A stretch of DNA of 64,000 bases. Source: a virus. Its lineage: Duplodnaviria; Caudoviricetes. The position numbers and the translations under genes were made by a program. A model generated the notes under the pieces. The model was not told the DNA's origin, searched no databases, and worked only from the letters and a program-made list of their open reading frames with translations. Of the stretch, positions 61,710 to 64,000 are shown in pieces (the first letter of the stretch is position 1; the number at the start of each line of letters is the position of its first letter). The DNA lies in IMG/VR virus record IMGVR_UViG_3300038443_001692, positions 20,889-84,888 of that record. One strand, written 5' to 3'.

Positions 61710-61906
61710 TTCGTTTTCTCCTTGTCGCGTTTGGCCAGGTAGTCGGCCCGGGCCTTGGCCAGCGACAGGCCGTCCGCGGTGAGCGGATAGCTGCTGTCAC
61801 TGGTGGAATGGGTAGCGCCGCTGATGTAGACGGTGTGTGCGTTGCGCTTCACGTCGCGCAGCACCCAGTAGCGGCCGCTCTCGTGGAGGATGTCGGACTC
61901 TTTCAT
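61706..61906 (-). CDS. Hypothetical protein (66 aa)
   Basis: ATGA-coupled. Confidence 0.6.
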   Translation of the reverse strand: MKESDILHESGRYWVLRDVKRNAHTVYISGATHSTSDSSYPLTADGLSLAKARADYLAKRDKEKTK

Positions 61907-62145
61907 TCGCCCTGCTCCAGCAAGCGCGCCACAGCGCGGCCACGCTGATAGATGGTATCGAAGTCGACGCCGCAGGTCTCGTAGCTGCGCGGCCCGAGGT
62001 TCTCGAACCCGCGGCGCCAGTCTTCGCGGGCGCCGTAGGTGCAGAACGGGTTGAGGTCAATGCCGAATTCTCGGTGACGCTGGATGTCCTTGCGAGCGAC
62101 CTTCTCGGCCCAGGCGAGGACTTCTTCAGGGGTGTTGAATCTCAT
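61903..62145 (-). CDS. Hypothetical protein (80 aa)
   Basis: AAGGAG RBS; ATGA-coupled. Confidence 0.6.
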   Translation of the reverse strand: MRFNTPEEVLAWAEKVARKDIQRHREFGIDLNPFCTYGAREDWRRGFENLGPRSYETCGVDFDTIYQRGRAVARLLEQGE

Positions 62146-62429
62146 CGCATCTCCTTCGCTTTACGCTCTTCGCACTCCAGCCGCAGCTTGTGCAGGGTTT
62201 CGATACAGCCCATCGCGCCCGAGAACACGATGACCTCGTCCGGCTCGCCGTCTTCGTCGACGAGGCCGATATCGGCGTAGGCAATGACACCGCCGCCACC
62301 GTCCTCCTCCATCGAGAGCTTGACACTGTTCGCGGCGAACCAGGCTTCGTCGTCCGGGTCAATGTTCTGGATCATGATCTGGTCGCGGTGGCCATGCGGC
62401 CGGAGGTAGATGGTGCAGGGGTAGGTCAT
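62142..62429 (-). CDS. Hypothetical acidic protein (95 aa)
   Basis: CAGGAG RBS; ATGA-coupled. Confidence 0.6.
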   Translation of the reverse strand: MTYPCTIYLRPHGHRDQIMIQNIDPDDEAWFAANSVKLSMEEDGGGGVIAYADIGLVDEDGEPDEVIVFSGAMGCIETLHKLRLECEERKAKEMR

Positions 62430-62614
62430 CGGTTCTTCTCCTGGTTGATACGCCGCATCAGCGCCACGATGTCTTGCGAGCGTTTCTCAATGAAGCAGCC
62501 GCTGTGAGTAGTGAACAGTTGCGTGTAGTCGCTCGGCTTGCCGCCGTACTTCACGGCGCGCTCAGCCGCCGACGGCACCAGCACGATCGGCTTGCCGCAG
62601 ATGGTGCAGTTCAT
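62426..62614 (-). CDS. Small Cys/His zinc-ribbon-like protein (62 aa)
   Basis: MNCTICGK...HSGC; GGAGGT RBS. Confidence 0.6.
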   Translation of the reverse strand: MNCTICGKPIVLVPSAAERAVKYGGKPSDYTQLFTTHSGCFIEKRSQDIVALMRRINQEKNR

Positions 62615-62820
62615 GGCACCTCCTGTACGGCATCGGCCGGCACGTCGACGAAGTGATGTTGCCAGTCCCAGTCCCACATCCAGTCAGGGCGATTCGTGAG
62701 TACCCAACTGGCCCAGCCGCTTTTCTGGACGTAGTGCACCGGCGTGCCGGCCTTGATCGTGCCGCGCGTGTTGCAAGCCGGGCTGTAATGCTCAATGTCG
62801 CGGGTGGTGATGCCCTTCAT
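62611..62820 (-). CDS. Hypothetical Trp-rich protein (69 aa)
   Basis: GGAGGG RBS, ATG at 62820. Confidence 0.58.
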   Translation of the reverse strand: MKGITTRDIEHYSPACNTRGTIKAGTPVHYVQKSGWASWVLTNRPDWMWDWDWQHHFVDVPADAVQEVP

Positions 62821-63017
62821 GGCCGCACCCTCCCATCCGGCAGCTTCAGCGCTTCGATGCATTCGTGCAGGCGCTTCTTGGTGACGCGCAGCTCCTCGTC
62901 GTAATTGGTGTGCGCTTCGGCCAGGTCGCTGCCTTTCCAGCTGTGCGCGACCGAGGCGTTGACGAACTGCGTGATGCGCTTGCGCAGCTCGCGTGCTTCT
63001 TTCGTGGTGATGGTCAT
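62817..63017 (-). CDS. Hypothetical protein (66 aa)
   Basis: AAAGGA RBS, ATG at 63017. Confidence 0.58.
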   Translation of the reverse strand: MTITTKEARELRKRITQFVNASVAHSWKGSDLAEAHTNYDEELRVTKKRLHECIEALKLPDGRVRP

Positions 63018-63226
63018 GACGGTTTCCTTTCGTGGTTCTCGAAGGCCTCGCGGCCGTCGAAGCTGTTGTGGACCCAGAGGCCGTGCTCGTTCTGCACGAC
63101 GCCACACGAACAGCCCTCGTCCATATGGTCGTGCAGATCGCCGACCGGGATCAGGTGGGCGCCGTTCTCGCATGGCGCCAGCTGCCAGCCATGCAGGCCG
63201 GCAGCGCGGGCTTCGTCTTGGGTCAT
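63014..63226 (-). CDS. His/Cys-rich small protein (70 aa)
   Basis: HLIP..D...H....CSC...WVHNSFDGRE; AAGGAG RBS, ATG at 63226. Confidence 0.6.
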   Translation of the reverse strand: MTQDEARAAGLHGWQLAPCENGAHLIPVGDLHDHMDEGCSCGVVQNEHGLWVHNSFDGREAFENHERKPS

Positions 63227-63453
63227 GGCTTCTCCTTGCCGGTGCGGGACTCCCACCACGGGTCATATGCAAACGGGACGTCGTAGCAAGGTTTCTTCGT
63301 CACCTGGTTCGTGAAAAGCCTGGCATTGGCGGCGTGAAGCGGGTACCGCTTCAGGGCCTCACGGCTCGCCGACGTGCTCTCGAAATACAGATCCGATTCA
63401 TGGTTGCTGATGTAAACGCCCAGCGCTACCAGGTCCTGGTACAGGGTGCTCAT
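63223..63453 (-). CDS. Hypothetical protein (76 aa)
   Basis: GGAGG RBS; NHESDLY...PFAYDPWW. Confidence 0.62.
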   Translation of the reverse strand: MSTLYQDLVALGVYISNHESDLYFESTSASREALKRYPLHAANARLFTNQVTKKPCYDVPFAYDPWWESRTGKEKP

Positions 63454-63641
63454 GCCTCGTCCTCCAGAAGTTCACGCACGCGCGCCTCGATGGCGCGCTC
63501 GGCGTTGCGGATGGCCGAAACGGCCGCCAGGATATCGGGGTCTCCCAGCAGACTCGGCAGGCACTCGGTCAGCGGACTGACCATGCCGTGGTAACGCGAC
63601 TTGGCGTAACGCCAGTTGTCAAGGGTGTAAGGCGTGTTCAC
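63450..63641 (-). CDS. Hypothetical protein (63 aa)
   Basis: GGAG RBS, GTG start overlapping the previous stop. Confidence 0.58.
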   Translation of the reverse strand: MNTPYTLDNWRYAKSRYHGMVSPLTECLPSLLGDPDILAAVSAIRNAERAIEARVRELLEDEA

Positions 63642-63772
63642 AGGTAATCTCCTTCCGCAAGGTAGTCGCCCGCCCTGGGCGGCGCTGACTGCGGACTGAT
63701 GGTGGCGCCAACGCCGACGCCAAGCAGGAAGACGGCGAGGATGCCGGCGAGGTGTAATAGGAGGCCGGTCAT
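63638..63772 (-). CDS. 44-aa membrane peptide
   Basis: MTGLLLHLAGILAVFLLGVGVG...; AAGGAG RBS; not in the ORF track. Confidence 0.55.
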   Translation of the reverse strand: MTGLLLHLAGILAVFLLGVGVGATISPQSAPPRAGDYLAEGDYL

Positions 63773-63948
63773 GGGTTCTCCTTTCGGTTGTTCTGGTAGG
63801 CGATGCGCAGGGCTTCGGTCCAGGTGCAGTTCAGCTGCGCCTGGATGCGGCGCGCCTCGGCGATTTCATGCTGGGCGAGGTCGGCCAGGGCTCGCTTTTC
63901 GGCGTCGAGATCAGGCGCGCCGGCGGTGGCATGTGCGAGGCGGCTCAC
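63769..63948 (-). CDS. Hypothetical protein (59 aa)
   Basis: GAGGAGG RBS, GTG start at 63948. Confidence 0.55.
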   Translation of the reverse strand: MSRLAHATAGAPDLDAEKRALADLAQHEIAEARRIQAQLNCTWTEALRIAYQNNRKENP

Positions 63949-64000
63949 GGTTCCTCCTCGATCTGCGCTACCACCCAGTCCCAATAACCGCGCAGCGTGT

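Noticed and set aside
1-64000. CRISPR or TIGR-type arrays, tRNA genes, integrase/att, terminase
   Set aside because: No regularly spaced short repeats with unique spacers, no cloverleaf with T-loop and CCA, and no recombinase or terminase motifs were found by eye; the terminase is presumably outside the window.

Overview
This window is a contiguous, gene-dense part of a GC-rich, long-tailed (siphovirus-type) dsDNA phage genome. The host is probably a betaproteobacterium, which is inference only. No terminase, integrase, repressor, tRNA, CRISPR array or reverse transcriptase is visible. Layout: (1) 1-28235, + strand late module: portal, S49 protease, scaffold, decoration protein, capsid, neck, tail tube, frameshifted tail chaperones, a 2404-aa tape measure, tail hub, a central fibre with three ~177-aa repeats, a lysis cassette (holin candidates, GH19 endolysin, Rz with embedded Rz1) and a metallophosphoesterase. 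(2) 28273-50348, - strand replication, recombination and nucleotide module: SbcCD-like pair, HNH-AP2 endonuclease, resolvase-like nuclease, ThyA, ATP ligase, Pol I-like polymerase, TraR/DksA, dNMP kinase, MazG-like protein, DEDDh exonuclease, putative SSB, AEP primase-helicase, SF2 helicase, deaminase, RdgC. (3) 50521-55403, a + strand island of fibre, Ig-domain and acetylesterase genes behind divergent promoters. (4) 55387-64000, - strand array of small early genes. The most notable unannotated signals are a ~110-nt structured RNA candidate with a 19-bp closing stem, a predicted loop-junction pseudoknot and its own promoter (32474-32616); an H-type pseudoknot leader on the putative SSB gene, resembling T4 gene 32 autoregulation; two recurrent DNA boxes at promoters; hairpin-embedded promoters; and the displaced fibre/esterase island. 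All family assignments are by eye from motifs and synteny, with no database searches.
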